Positions 48,174 to 58,117 of a DNA stretch of 64,000 nt are shown piece by piece. Numbering within the stretch: position 1 is the first letter of the stretch; every line of letters begins with the position of its first letter. The position numbers were made by a program, and so were the translations under genes. The notes below the pieces were generated by a model. It was not told the DNA's origin. It saw nothing but the letters and a program-made list of their open reading frames with translations, and did not search any database. The stretch comes from Nitrosopumilales archaeon (GTDB lineage: Archaea > Thermoproteota > Nitrososphaeria > Nitrososphaerales > Nitrososphaeraceae), in assembly GCA_044507735.1 (NCBI GenBank), contig JBIQJB010000002.1, forward strand, positions 99,442-163,441, in the 5' to 3' direction.

Positions 48174-50174
48174 TTAGTTCCCCACATCTCCTTCTACTAT
48201 CAACTCGTTACCGCTACTATTAACTCTGATACCAAGAAATTCTATCGGTATCTTTACCGGAATCAGAGGGGCCACTGGGTTGTCGACTGTTGGCACCGGA
48301 TTGGCAGGAAGGATCTCGAGTGGATCTTCCAACTCAAAGAGCGTTATGGCGATGTATTCGCTAATCGCATCTATCAGTGCCTGAAATATCCCGAGGTTCC
48401 CGATTAGGTCAAGAAGGAATTCTCCAACATCGTCAGGGATATCGAGCACATCGCGAATTATGCCTTCAATACCTCCGAGGACGAAATCGATAAAGTCGAT
48501 TGCCCAGTCGGGCAATCCGAGTGCATCGAGTACATTGAGTATGCTGTCTGCAATTAGGTTGCGGAATAGGTCTCCTGCCGTATCTGCAATGTCGATTATG
48601 TCAAGGTCTATTGGAAGCGTCGGCACCATGGCAATCTGCCACCTGTTGGGAACCCCTGAGCCGACACCGTAGAATACCTTTGGAATGGCACTGAAAGTGA
48701 CCTCGGAGGTCAAGAGCCCGCTCAAGTCGATAGGTATGGAGACATCGGGGCTGGCACTGAACAAGTCGATCGAAGGTGCCCTCACTAGGCATCCTCCCAA
48801 GGGGTTTGGAATAATGCAAAATCCGCCTATTGTGATTGTCGGGATATCTATGCCTACGACTAGGCGCAGCTTGTCCCACTTGATATCCAGTTCGCTTACC
48901 AGTATTGAGCCATTAGTCCGCAGATCTATCGTTCCACCTTCCAAGTGTGCCTGCACTTCGTACGATGCTGTAAAGATGCCAAAACTGCCACTATCTGATA
49001 TGGAAAACTTGAATCCTTTGAGGAGGGCGCCGTATATCTCTTTGAAGGCCTGTTCGGATATTGCAGCCGTCAAATCAAAAGTTCCCGTGCGTGTGCGAGG
49101 ACGGATTGTCTTTGTGACGGTCCCGCTGCCTCCACCACCTCCACCTCCGCCGCCGGAACTACCTCCACTCGGCGAGACCAAGATGTCAAGCTCGACCTTG
49201 TCCAAGTTGACAAACATCTTGAGCTGGTTTTCTTCTATCGCAGGATTGTTCAAAACGGTTGTGGAAGCAGAGATCTGGACTTTGCCTGATACTGTGACAT
49301 CCGGCGTGGTTGTGGTTGGTATTTCAAAAAGACCAAACGCCAGCTTTGAAGCAAACTCGGTTATCGGAGGAAAGAGACCGCGGTTGAGGACCAACTTTGC
49401 GTAGCACTCTATCGCGTTTTCAAGTCCTTCAGGCTTTAGATCGACTATTTCTATGCCGTCCACAAAGGCCTCTATCCTCTGGTTTCCGGTAGCACCAGTA
49501 ATCCTACACCCCGCGGTGGCAAAGAGGTCCAGACAAAAGCATTCGAGCCTAGATGTCGGCAGAGTTGTTGTCACGCCACTGCCTCCCTGCGGATTCAAGA
49601 CCGCCACATCTGGCCTACCGGTAGTGTCTGGGATGCTGGCAAGTTTGCTGCCGGGACTTGGCATTGCCGTTTGTGGTGTTGTTGTGTCCGCCATTAGTCG
49701 TGCCTTTGTCGCGGTGTTGGCACCAAGTGATCCTAGCCTGCTGGGCAGCTGCAAGTCTCTTGATGGACACCCGATTCCCGCGCAGACTCTAAAGTGAACT
49801 GCAAGACGCTGGTTTTGCAAAGGGGAAAGCTCTGGAGGAAGGGTGAAGACATTGCCTCCAAAAAAGTCGATTTCACCTTTGGAGAGTTGAGCTCCAAAGT
49901 TAAGCGCTAGTCCGGTAGGGCCAATCGAACCCGGCGGAAAGCCGCTTAAGCCAATGACTGGCAGGGGATCAAGAGTAGTAACGAGCGGGTTCTTGTTGCT
50001 GACCACTTCAGGAGCGGGGTCTATACGTTCGCAGAGCATCTCTGGATTGGACGCCACGAGCGCGCTACCGTAATTGAAGAGTGAAGGACGCTGCCGCATG
50101 AGATGCCTTATCACCCTGTTGATGCCCGCGTCGTGCACTGCTGCATAAATGTCACAGTTGGCTGTGAGGGACAT
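48174..50174 (-). CDS. Large hypothetical two-module protein with Gly-rich linker (TULIP-like?)
   Basis: 666-aa ORF with no signal peptide. Both halves start with a D-(I/L)-x-A-A-(V/I) strand followed by a helix, separated by GGSSGGGGGGGGSG. Confidence 0.85.
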   Translation of the reverse strand: MSLTANCDIYAAVHDAGINRVIRHLMRQRPSLFNYGSALVASNPEMLCERIDPAPEVVSNKNPLVTTLDPLPVIGLSGFPPGSIGPTGLALNFGAQLSKGEIDFFGGNVFTLPPELSPLQNQRLAVHFRVCAGIGCPSRDLQLPSRLGSLGANTATKARLMADTTTPQTAMPSPGSKLASIPDTTGRPDVAVLNPQGGSGVTTTLPTSRLECFCLDLFATAGCRITGATGNQRIEAFVDGIEIVDLKPEGLENAIECYAKLVLNRGLFPPITEFASKLAFGLFEIPTTTTPDVTVSGKVQISASTTVLNNPAIEENQLKMFVNLDKVELDILVSPSGGSSGGGGGGGGGSGTVTKTIRPRTRTGTFDLTAAISEQAFKEIYGALLKGFKFSISDSGSFGIFTASYEVQAHLEGGTIDLRTNGSILVSELDIKWDKLRLVVGIDIPTITIGGFCIIPNPLGGCLVRAPSIDLFSASPDVSIPIDLSGLLTSEVTFSAIPKVFYGVGSGVPNRWQIAMVPTLPIDLDIIDIADTAGDLFRNLIADSILNVLDALGLPDWAIDFIDFVLGGIEGIIRDVLDIPDDVGEFLLDLIGNLGIFQALIDAISEYIAITLFELEDPLEILPANPVPTVDNPVAPLIPVKIPIEFLGIRVNSSGNELIVEGDVGN

Positions 50175-51621
50175 TTCCGACAGTCGTGAGATATGCGATA
50201 TTATTATCTCTTATGGAGAAAACGTACAGAATTATCCATTAATGGATACATTCATCGGCTGCACACTTTCTCATAGGGCAAGCACGTAGCTTCAGAATGT
50301 GTCAGAAATTCGCGACGACATTCCTCTTGTGTGTTGTGTAGGGTAGATTTCGGAACTTGAGCTGACATGGCTGTGAGGGTGAACGATTTCCTGTGATTGA
50401 TCTCGACAACAGGCTAGAGATTTGAGGATGCATAGGAATTGGACTTGTTTCAGATACAAATGTAGCCAAGTGATCGTGGCGACAATAAACTATGCACTCA
50501 AAATTAGGATGCTAAAGTAATGCAATTTGCTTTATTCCGTACGCGAAAGGCCGAAAAGGTTTTCTTTAAGAACAGGAGCTGGGCCGCCCTCGAGCTATAA
50601 GGTGTGCATGAGGGTGCACTATAGCTATAGGATGGGCGTGGGTTCCTAAGATGGACACCTCATCCCGTGAGGATGACCCGCTCCCAAAGAGCAATAGTCT
50701 TCGTCCGTTATCTGGCTTTCGTGAGATTTGAATAGAAGTCCCTGTGTTGATTATGCGCATTTCTGCGCAGCTCTTGTGTATCTTGATCTCTTGTCACGTA
50801 TGGCCACTCGTTTGGGCAAAGTGCTTACTGATCGCCGTAGAGCCCTGGATGGGATCAGATTCTGCGTTACGTCTCCAAGCCGACAATAGGGATTCAGGCC
50901 GTAAAGGGAGGAATGCATGAGAAGGTGCTACTGCTGATTCAACATGCCAATTCAGGATTTCGAGAAGTTGGCTTCAACGACTACATCTGCGATCGGAGAT
51001 GCTGGACTTTCAGGCAGAGCGACGAGTATGCCGGGTGGAGGGTCTTCGCCAAAGTGGTGTCTATATTTCGCAACATTTCTTGGAAACATGACCCTCTGTG
51101 CTAGGTCGCACAGCTAAATTTTTGATATCACTCGGTTCTTGCAAGAGTAGCGTACTCCAGCATTATTGCCATGGATCATTTGTGACGGGCTAAAGTGGAT
51201 GTTGCTGATTGATCAATTTAATTTCTATCCATTCACGCGGGAATGGCACCTAACCTAGCCCCATGCATTAATCCGTAAAAGAGAAGAACATTGACTCCTG
51301 CCGGCCCTGCCGGCAATACTTGCGTTTTCTGACAAGGAATTCTCTTGCTTGTTTGTATCAGCCCCAATTGTCAAATCCCCATTGTTCGCGTATGTAGGGT
51401 GTAAGCCGACCTGAAATCCCGCCCTGAGATGGATAGAGTACGATGAAGTGAAAGTGAATGACGAGGACGACCAAGGAAGTCCTTCTCTGACGAACGCTGT
51501 TAAACTGTCCCAGGCGCGATTGGCCCCAGGCACGCGATGGTTAAGTCCTATAGAAGATGATATAGTAAAGAATTATCCAATTTCATATTACGTCGAGTTT
51601 ATAGGCAGAAGAATATCCAAT

Positions 51622-51765
51622 ATGGGATACTATATGCAATATGCTCTGAAACTAGACAAAGTATTTTGCTGCCGACAATGCACTTCTGTCTTTCTTTTCG
51701 AATCGGATGTTGAAGACCATGCTGAAATGTGCGGTCATCGGGACATTTTGGAAATAGATCTCTAG
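51622..51765 (+). CDS. C2H2-like zinc-finger microprotein
   Basis: CRQCTSVFLFESDVEDHAEMCGH; start at 51622 or 51634. Confidence 0.65.
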   Translation: MGYYMQYALKLDKVFCCRQCTSVFLFESDVEDHAEMCGHRDILEIDL

Positions 51766-51986
51766 AGCCTGATAACATTTTTTGCCGCAAGCCTGATATC
51801 CTCTGGCTTTATCGTTTTTCTCCCCGCATGTACAGACAAATCAACTGCTTGCTTGGCGATCCTTTCAGCGACTTCTTCTAGTACTTTACGAAGCTCGTCT
51901 GCTGCATCGTCGCTCACCCTTTCTGCACCTGACTTTTTCATTACACGATACATTGCCGCCAAGCCAAACTCTGGACCAGAAGACAT
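51762..51986 (-). CDS. Archaeal histone
   Basis: GAERVS...A.HAGRKTIKPEDI histone-fold signature. Confidence 0.95.
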   Translation of the reverse strand: MSSGPEFGLAAMYRVMKKSGAERVSDDAADELRKVLEEVAERIAKQAVDLSVHAGRKTIKPEDIRLAAKNVIRL

Positions 51987-52046
51987 ATACGGATAGTGCC
52001 AGACACCATGTTAAAAGTTTATTTTCTGTCCACAAGCACACTGTGA

Positions 52047-52808
52047 TTGGAATTGCTTTTCGACGCCCACATTCATCTGACAGACCCCGAGTATTCTGGA
52101 TACCTTCCGCACGTCTTATCCAGTCTGCGGGCAATGAAAATAGTGGCGTGCTCTGTAACGGTCGACTTGGCTACTACTGCAAGGAGCTTTACTCTTTTCG
52201 ATCAGGCACGCGATGTGGTCAAGCAGTTTGTGGGCATCCATCCTGAAGCCGCGGCAAGGGAGGACCTTGACAAATTCAAAGAAGTATTCTATAACAACCT
52301 GCTTTCAATTGATGGTGTAGGTGAAATAGGGCTAGATGGCACATACGACGTACCGTACGAACGCCAAAAACAGGTCTTCAATGAGATGCTGGAACTTGCG
52401 GAGACCTATGAAAAGCCGGTATCCATCCATTCAAGGAAGGCTCTAGACGACGTGCTACAAATCCTGTCGTCGTATAATATCAAGAGTGTGCTCTTGCACT
52501 GGTTTGCAGGAAGTAAGAAACAGCTGGCGAGGTCTATGGAAATGGGGATGTATGTGTCGTATGGTCCTGCGTTAGTCTATTCTGAAGACAAGAAGGTCCT
52601 CCTGAAAAACACTGACAAAGAGAAGTTCCTCGTAGAGACGGATGGCCCGGTACGGTATTCTCGGTGTTTTGAGAACTTGCCTGCGGTCTCAAGTGCCACT
52701 CTTGTAAGCGTCGTTTGGTCAGCCTCGCGCACACTGGGCATCTCATACGAGGAGACGGTGCAGATGCTGGAAAAGAATTCCGTGCGCTACTTCGGAGGCG
52801 GCGCGTAA
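52047..52808 (+). CDS. tatD: TatD-family nuclease
   Basis: DAHIHL, GIHP, GEIGLD, IHSR, HWF and ETDGP motifs. Confidence 0.93.
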   Translation: MELLFDAHIHLTDPEYSGYLPHVLSSLRAMKIVACSVTVDLATTARSFTLFDQARDVVKQFVGIHPEAAAREDLDKFKEVFYNNLLSIDGVGEIGLDGTYDVPYERQKQVFNEMLELAETYEKPVSIHSRKALDDVLQILSSYNIKSVLLHWFAGSKKQLARSMEMGMYVSYGPALVYSEDKKVLLKNTDKEKFLVETDGPVRYSRCFENLPAVSSATLVSVVWSASRTLGISYEETVQMLEKNSVRYFGGGA

Positions 52809-52868
52809 CAAAGATGAAGTATCTTTTTTCGTATTATCTACCCGGTATTCTGCAAAAAAGAACAGAAA

Positions 52869-53465
52869 TTACTTTTGCCTAACTTTCCAGAGGGCGAGGA
52901 ATGAACCCACTGCTCCTGTAGACCCCACTCCAATAATTGCGTATATCCCCTCAGTTGTTGTGTACCATGGCGGTATGGATGGTTTTGCATAATAATCTCC
53001 AGACATGGGTGCATAGATGTACATGCTTGGATCTTGTTCTTTGGGCATAAAATATTGATTTGATTGAGGATCGATAACCATCAGTGGTGCCTGATTGTTT
53101 AATCTATAATAGAAGTAGACATTTCTGTTGGCATGACTATTGTCAGGAGCATACCTTATCCACTCTGTAAAAGTGCCATTTCTAATGGCCTGATCCATCT
53201 CTACCTTTTTTGATTGCATCCAATCTTGTCCCTTCAGCTCATAATATTTGTCCCATCTTTCTCTAAGTTCAGCATCTGATTCAGCTCCATATAACGGACA
53301 GGGCTTCGTTATATCAGGCCAATCTTTATCATCTGCACATTCGTAAGCATAAATGATTTGAAAATTGATAGGAGACGTAGCGGTAACAAATGCCAGGGTT
53401 ACTATTGGCATTATTATGACACCGCGTAGTTTGATAAAATAGAAAGATGCCGTCTGATCAGACAC
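52869..53465 (-). CDS. Exported hypothetical protein with C-terminal membrane anchor
   Basis: N-terminal hydrophobic segment, C-terminal TM + KVRQK; AT-rich relative to its neighbours. Confidence 0.7.
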   Translation of the reverse strand: MSDQTASFYFIKLRGVIIMPIVTLAFVTATSPINFQIIYAYECADDKDWPDITKPCPLYGAESDAELRERWDKYYELKGQDWMQSKKVEMDQAIRNGTFTEWIRYAPDNSHANRNVYFYYRLNNQAPLMVIDPQSNQYFMPKEQDPSMYIYAPMSGDYYAKPSIPPWYTTTEGIYAIIGVGSTGAVGSFLALWKVRQK

Positions 53466-53815
53466 AGCTTATTTTTGTAGTTATTCGAGAATAAGTATGT
53501 TTGCTGGTTCTATCATATGTTGCAATAGTCTTTTAGTAAATAGGATTGTTGCATGCACTATTAATCCCTGTGTGCCTATCCCTCGCTTTCAAACAAAATT
53601 ACGATTTAATTCAACAATAGACACTACTAACTAACCAGCAGGGCGTGAGGTACATGTGATAATACTACCACAAGACGATGAATTAGTGCGGTAAACTAAT
53701 CTAACTTGCAGTCAAATTACCATCTAGAGAATAAGAGACAGATTCATTTAGCCGTTTTTGATTAATCTGGTGATAAAATACGATTAAATATCCTTAAAAT
53801 TGCCTTGATTGCTGG

Positions 53816-54064
53816 ATGAATAGGATAAAGCGCATCTCCATCGAGCTCTTACAGAATCACCCAGACAAGTTTGGCCTCGAATTTGATGGTAACAAGAAGG
53901 CTCTTAACGAACTAGCAATCGTCAGGTCAAAGGTCTTGAGAAATGAACTGGCCGGCTACATCACGGCCCACCTTCGCAAGCGGGCTGCCCAAGAAAAGGC
54001 ATCGATCGCGGCCGCTGCTGGGGAGACTGAGGAAGAAGAAGAGTCAGAAGAAACAGAAGAATGA
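53816..54064 (+). CDS. rps17e: 30S ribosomal protein S17e
   Basis: F..NKK...SKVLRNELAGYIT motif. Confidence 0.95.
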   Translation: MNRIKRISIELLQNHPDKFGLEFDGNKKALNELAIVRSKVLRNELAGYITAHLRKRAAQEKASIAAAAGETEEEEESEETEE

Positions 54065-54834
54065 TCAAAATTAGGCTGCTAGGTGGTGCCAAAAAGGCAG
54101 TCGGGAAGCCACAAGTCAGCCTTGACATGCCTGCCGCTTCCATTGCAGAAATTTTGCAGTTTTTGACAGGCATTTCTAATGATGCGAGACTCTTGCAGCC
54201 AAGCAACTTGATCATTGCTGTAAATGGCGTGGATTCTGCCGCAATTCAGGGGCAGCAGACCGTGGCCAAGACTGGTGACATCGTCACAATTGTTACGGTA
54301 GTTCACGGTGGGTCTGACGTATTGCCCGATGGCTATCGTGCATCCGTGCTTGGCGTCCATAGCATCACAGAGGATCCGGGGAAATTATTAGATCGCCTCC
54401 GGACAGACAATGATGATGCAAGAATATCAATTCAGGGAGTGAACGCCGACTATGTCTATGGAATCGATCACGTCATGGGTGTTCTCTTGATGACTCTTGA
54501 AGCAGAAAAAAGAAAGATCATGATTGCAAAAAGACGTGAAACTGAACTGCTGCTAAGGATTGGCTTGACAGACCAGATCTCGGAGGCGATGATGAGGGCA
54601 GGCATGAAGAAAAGCGCTGCAAACTGCTTTGTCGCATTTTCGCAGGACGCCAAAGTGCTAAAACGGTTTTCAGATAGGATACTAAGTGAGTTTAGGGTGG
54701 ATGCTTCTGTATTGGAACCGAGCGTTCAAAAAAAGAGCCGGCTTTCTGAATTACTTAAGATAAAGACAGAGTTTAACGACCACGAATTTTTGCAATACTT
54801 GTTGGAAAGAGCCGCAATACTGGTGAAACGCTGA
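54061..54834 (+). CDS. cgi121: Ubiquitin-like (MoaD/ThiS/SAMP) - KEOPS Cgi121 fusion
   Basis: N-terminal beta-grasp ending VVHGG; C-terminal ETELLLRIGLTDQISEAM..G and LLERAAIL Cgi121 motifs. Confidence 0.85.
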   Translation: MIKIRLLGGAKKAVGKPQVSLDMPAASIAEILQFLTGISNDARLLQPSNLIIAVNGVDSAAIQGQQTVAKTGDIVTIVTVVHGGSDVLPDGYRASVLGVHSITEDPGKLLDRLRTDNDDARISIQGVNADYVYGIDHVMGVLLMTLEAEKRKIMIAKRRETELLLRIGLTDQISEAMMRAGMKKSAANCFVAFSQDAKVLKRFSDRILSEFRVDASVLEPSVQKKSRLSELLKIKTEFNDHEFLQYLLERAAILVKR

Positions 54835-54845
54835 TGACCATTGTC

Positions 54846-55373
54846 TCATCGGCGCTTTTCAACAGTGGAACTGAAGATCTGGTCAGGCCTTAACACCGAA
54901 ATGCCGGCGTGGCCCGCAAGTATCTCGACAAGGACGATCCAAGTCGGGTTTTCGAGGTCTACTTTTCGTTCTATTTCGCCCGCTATCGTCTTTATTACCT
55001 CCATCGATTCCAATGCGCTGTGTCTCTTCTCTACCGTTATCCTAAATGAGCCTTCTTCACTTCCCATCTTGGCTGAAGCCAAATCCTTGGCAGCCTCTTT
55101 GATGTGGTCAAGATCGGTGGGAACAACGATTTGAATAGGGATAACGCGAAGGACGTAGCGCACTCGCCACGGTTCCTCCGCCACGAGCTTTTTCAGGCCT
55201 TCGATTACTGCAAACGGATCGAGTGAGGTGTCGGCTACAAGCAGTCCTTTCACTTCCGTGATCTCGGCCACTGCTCCCTGATCACCAAAGATGTCCAGCA
55301 GATCAAGAATCTCATCTTGTGCCTCTTCCTCCCTGAACCGAGAAGTCGACACTATCAGGTTAAAGCTTCTCAA
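54846..55373 (-). CDS. THUMP-domain RNA-binding protein
   Basis: SFRITVEKR and KVDLENP..IVLVEI motifs. Confidence 0.88.
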   Translation of the reverse strand: MRSFNLIVSTSRFREEEAQDEILDLLDIFGDQGAVAEITEVKGLLVADTSLDPFAVIEGLKKLVAEEPWRVRYVLRVIPIQIVVPTDLDHIKEAAKDLASAKMGSEEGSFRITVEKRHSALESMEVIKTIAGEIERKVDLENPTWIVLVEILAGHAGISVLRPDQIFSSTVEKRR

Positions 55374-55986
55374 GAGCCTCCATCACCTCATGCGCCGATA
55401 TTGCGCCTTCCCTGATGATCTTGGGCTTGCCAGTAACGTCCACTATTGTAGATTCTCTCCCTTTCTCTGCAGGGCCGCCGTCAAGAAGAGCGTCATATCC
55501 TTCTAAAGCTGAGTCGAGTACTTCCTGCATGCTCTTTGGCGACCTTTCGCCAGACCTGTTGGCACTCGTGCCCACGATGTAGTTGCAGTGACTTAAGAGC
55601 GACAATGTGCACCTGTTTGCAGGCACACGCACTCCGAGGCTGTCAGAGCTAGCACTCAAGGTGTGTGAGATCCTGCGATCCCTGATTGGAGCCACTATTG
55701 TGAGCGCGCCGGGCCAGTACTTTCTTGCAAGAGTCCTGCCAGAATCACCGAGGATAACTATCTTTTCGGCGTATTCAGTACTGTACGCAAGTACTGGCAA
55801 TGCTTTTCTGGCGTCCCTGCCCTTTATTGCAAAAATGCGGCCAACTGCCTTGTCATTGAACGGGTCACAACCAATGCCATAGATCGTGTCAGTTGGAAAC
55901 ACAACTATGCCTCCACTTTTCACAACCGATGCACACCGCGCAACCTCCCCGGCGTCCGAACAACTGAAAAGGATTTGCCTAGCCAT
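55360..55986 (-). CDS. sua5: Threonylcarbamoyl-AMP synthase (TsaC/Sua5 YrdC domain)
   Basis: FPTDTIYGIG, KGR, WPGALT, TSANRSG and STIVD motifs. Confidence 0.93.
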   Translation of the reverse strand: MARQILFSCSDAGEVARCASVVKSGGIVVFPTDTIYGIGCDPFNDKAVGRIFAIKGRDARKALPVLAYSTEYAEKIVILGDSGRTLARKYWPGALTIVAPIRDRRISHTLSASSDSLGVRVPANRCTLSLLSHCNYIVGTSANRSGERSPKSMQEVLDSALEGYDALLDGGPAEKGRESTIVDVTGKPKIIREGAISAHEVMEALEKL

Positions 55987-55990
55987 TCTA

Positions 55991-58117
55991 CTATCGAAGC
56001 CTGACTATTGCAGCGACTTCATTTGTCGCCGCCTTTCCAAGTTCATCGCGCACTGCCTTTAGGACATGTTCTGGGGCGGTGAGGCTTGAAAAATCCATGA
56101 GCTTTACCCCATCTAGAATATGCACTTGAGGCGCCAGATCATTTCCATCGGATGCGTGCTTTTTGAGCAAGACCTCTATCTCTGCCGCCACCTTGTCTGG
56201 TGTCCCATTAAAAATTGCGGCGTTGTCCACCGAGAGGCGCACTCTGCCATACTTGTCGAGCACGAGCACTGGCTGCCTTTTTGACTTCAAAAATAGCTTC
56301 TTCTTGCTCAATTCGCAGGCAAAGATGTGGTAGTTCTTCATATCAAATATACGCTGCACGCCTTCGTTTATGCCGAAGAGCTCACAGGCGAGAACGTGGG
56401 CTTCTTCTTCGTTTATCTCCTGCGCATTGGTAGTGCCGATGTCAAGCGAGACGTTACCCATCGCGGTTACGCGCAGAATCGAACGGTCGCTGACGTATTC
56501 TGACTGGATGGTGATAGATTCCGGAAGTGCCCCGCGTTCCAAAGCAGCCTTTTTTACTTGCTCTGCAAGCTCTGAAATATCCTCAGGCTTTGGGTTGTTG
56601 ATTGTCTTCTCCGCTTCCTCATGTATCATTGCTGCAGCTACACCTATCGATGATATGACCTCTGCATGCTCTGCTATCTTCCATTGCAACTGGAGTTTCT
56701 TTGCTACGTATGGGACTAGGACGGAAGCTCCGCCTCCACCTCCGATAAAGACGATCCGCTCCTTTTTCAGCTTGTACTCCTTTATCATAGGCTCAACTAT
56801 TTCAAACACCTTCTTCGCAGAAATGTCCAGGATCATTGAAGCGGTCTGCTCCATTGAGGTTCCAAGCCTGTTGGCAAGGATAGTCAGTGCCAACTTGGCA
56901 GAAGTCTGATTTGCCCTAGCATAGTCACCTTCTGGCACAAGCCCAAGCGCGTTTGCTGCACACGTGTTTGTGATTGCAAAACGTTTTCCTCCTGATGATT
57001 CAATAGCTACATAGTCTATGGGGTCGCCCTGCTTTGGGCTGAACGTAATGATCTGACCGCCTTCCAGCTCTTCCGGAGTGGCAAAGCACGAGTATGGTAA
57101 CCCTGCAATATGTGCAGACCTTGGACCGACATCCGTAATCTTTCGGCCAGACCATCTTACAAGCGAGCCTCCTGCAACGCCGGCAACCCTCACATCAAGC
57201 GAACGTATGCAGGTAGGGTGCTGCATTATGGTAACGTACCGGACCTCTGGCCGGCCGTCCTTTATGACGCAGACGTTAGTGGAAGTGCCGCCTACTTCGA
57301 TGAATATTCCATCGATTACGCGCAGGTGCAACAGCGCTCCTGCCACACTTGCTGCAGGGCCAGATAATACTGTGATTATTGGTTTGCTCTGAAAAGTACT
57401 CATGTTGGTTACGCCGCCGTCCCCTTTCATGATGAGCACTGGTGCAGTGATACCTTCGTTTCGCACAGCAGACTCGACAAACTTTGCGGTGCTTGTGGCC
57501 TTGGGGAGGATACCTGCGTTTATGGCTGCTGTAAGCGTCCTGATTTCAAGTCCATAGATGCCAGTCAGTTCGTGCCCCGCAGTCGCAGGAATGTCTGACT
57601 TTTCCATCACGAATCTTTCATTGCTTGGATCGTCAACCCCGTACGCCTCACTCACGACCACAACCTCTGCCCCTTCCTCCTTGAGCGCGCCTATAGCCTG
57701 CTCAACTTCCTTGTCGTCAAGGTATTTTGAAGTGTCGAGGAACCTGTAGCATGTATGAAGATATTTGTTTGGTGCCAGCTCAACGTCCTTCACGTTTGTT
57801 CTCTTGATCACGTTTGACTTTTCAAGGCCAACTCCCATTCCCACAATGCCCACCTTTGCAGTGTCACCTTCTAGCAGAGCGTTGACCGCCTGCGTAGTGC
57901 TGTGCGAAATAAGCTCAATCTCGCCGTTCTGGATCTGATATCTTTCCATCAAGGTCTTCAACGCTTGGACAATTCCTGTTGAGACACCCTCGCTTGAAGA
58001 ATGAGTCGTGGGGACTGTGACCTTTCCAATTATGGTGCCTTTGACCATATCGATGGCCACTGCCTTTGTGAATGTTCCTCCTACGTCGATGCCAACCCTG
58101 ATTCTTCTCATTTGCAA
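55991..58117 (-). CDS. Hydantoinase/oxoprolinase A-family protein
   Basis: GIDVGGTFT, HSTTQAVNALLEG, SGPAAS and EVGGTST motifs. Confidence 0.9.
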   Translation of the reverse strand: MQMRRIRVGIDVGGTFTKAVAIDMVKGTIIGKVTVPTTHSSSEGVSTGIVQALKTLMERYQIQNGEIELISHSTTQAVNALLEGDTAKVGIVGMGVGLEKSNVIKRTNVKDVELAPNKYLHTCYRFLDTSKYLDDKEVEQAIGALKEEGAEVVVVSEAYGVDDPSNERFVMEKSDIPATAGHELTGIYGLEIRTLTAAINAGILPKATSTAKFVESAVRNEGITAPVLIMKGDGGVTNMSTFQSKPIITVLSGPAASVAGALLHLRVIDGIFIEVGGTSTNVCVIKDGRPEVRYVTIMQHPTCIRSLDVRVAGVAGGSLVRWSGRKITDVGPRSAHIAGLPYSCFATPEELEGGQIITFSPKQGDPIDYVAIESSGGKRFAITNTCAANALGLVPEGDYARANQTSAKLALTILANRLGTSMEQTASMILDISAKKVFEIVEPMIKEYKLKKERIVFIGGGGGASVLVPYVAKKLQLQWKIAEHAEVISSIGVAAAMIHEEAEKTINNPKPEDISELAEQVKKAALERGALPESITIQSEYVSDRSILRVTAMGNVSLDIGTTNAQEINEEEAHVLACELFGINEGVQRIFDMKNYHIFACELSKKKLFLKSKRQPVLVLDKYGRVRLSVDNAAIFNGTPDKVAAEIEVLLKKHASDGNDLAPQVHILDGVKLMDFSSLTAPEHVLKAVRDELGKAATNEVAAIVRLR

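Noticed and set aside
52001-52013. GACACCATGTTAA near the histone/tatD promoter as a fifth operator
   Set aside because: Only one arm matches (3 mismatches in the other).
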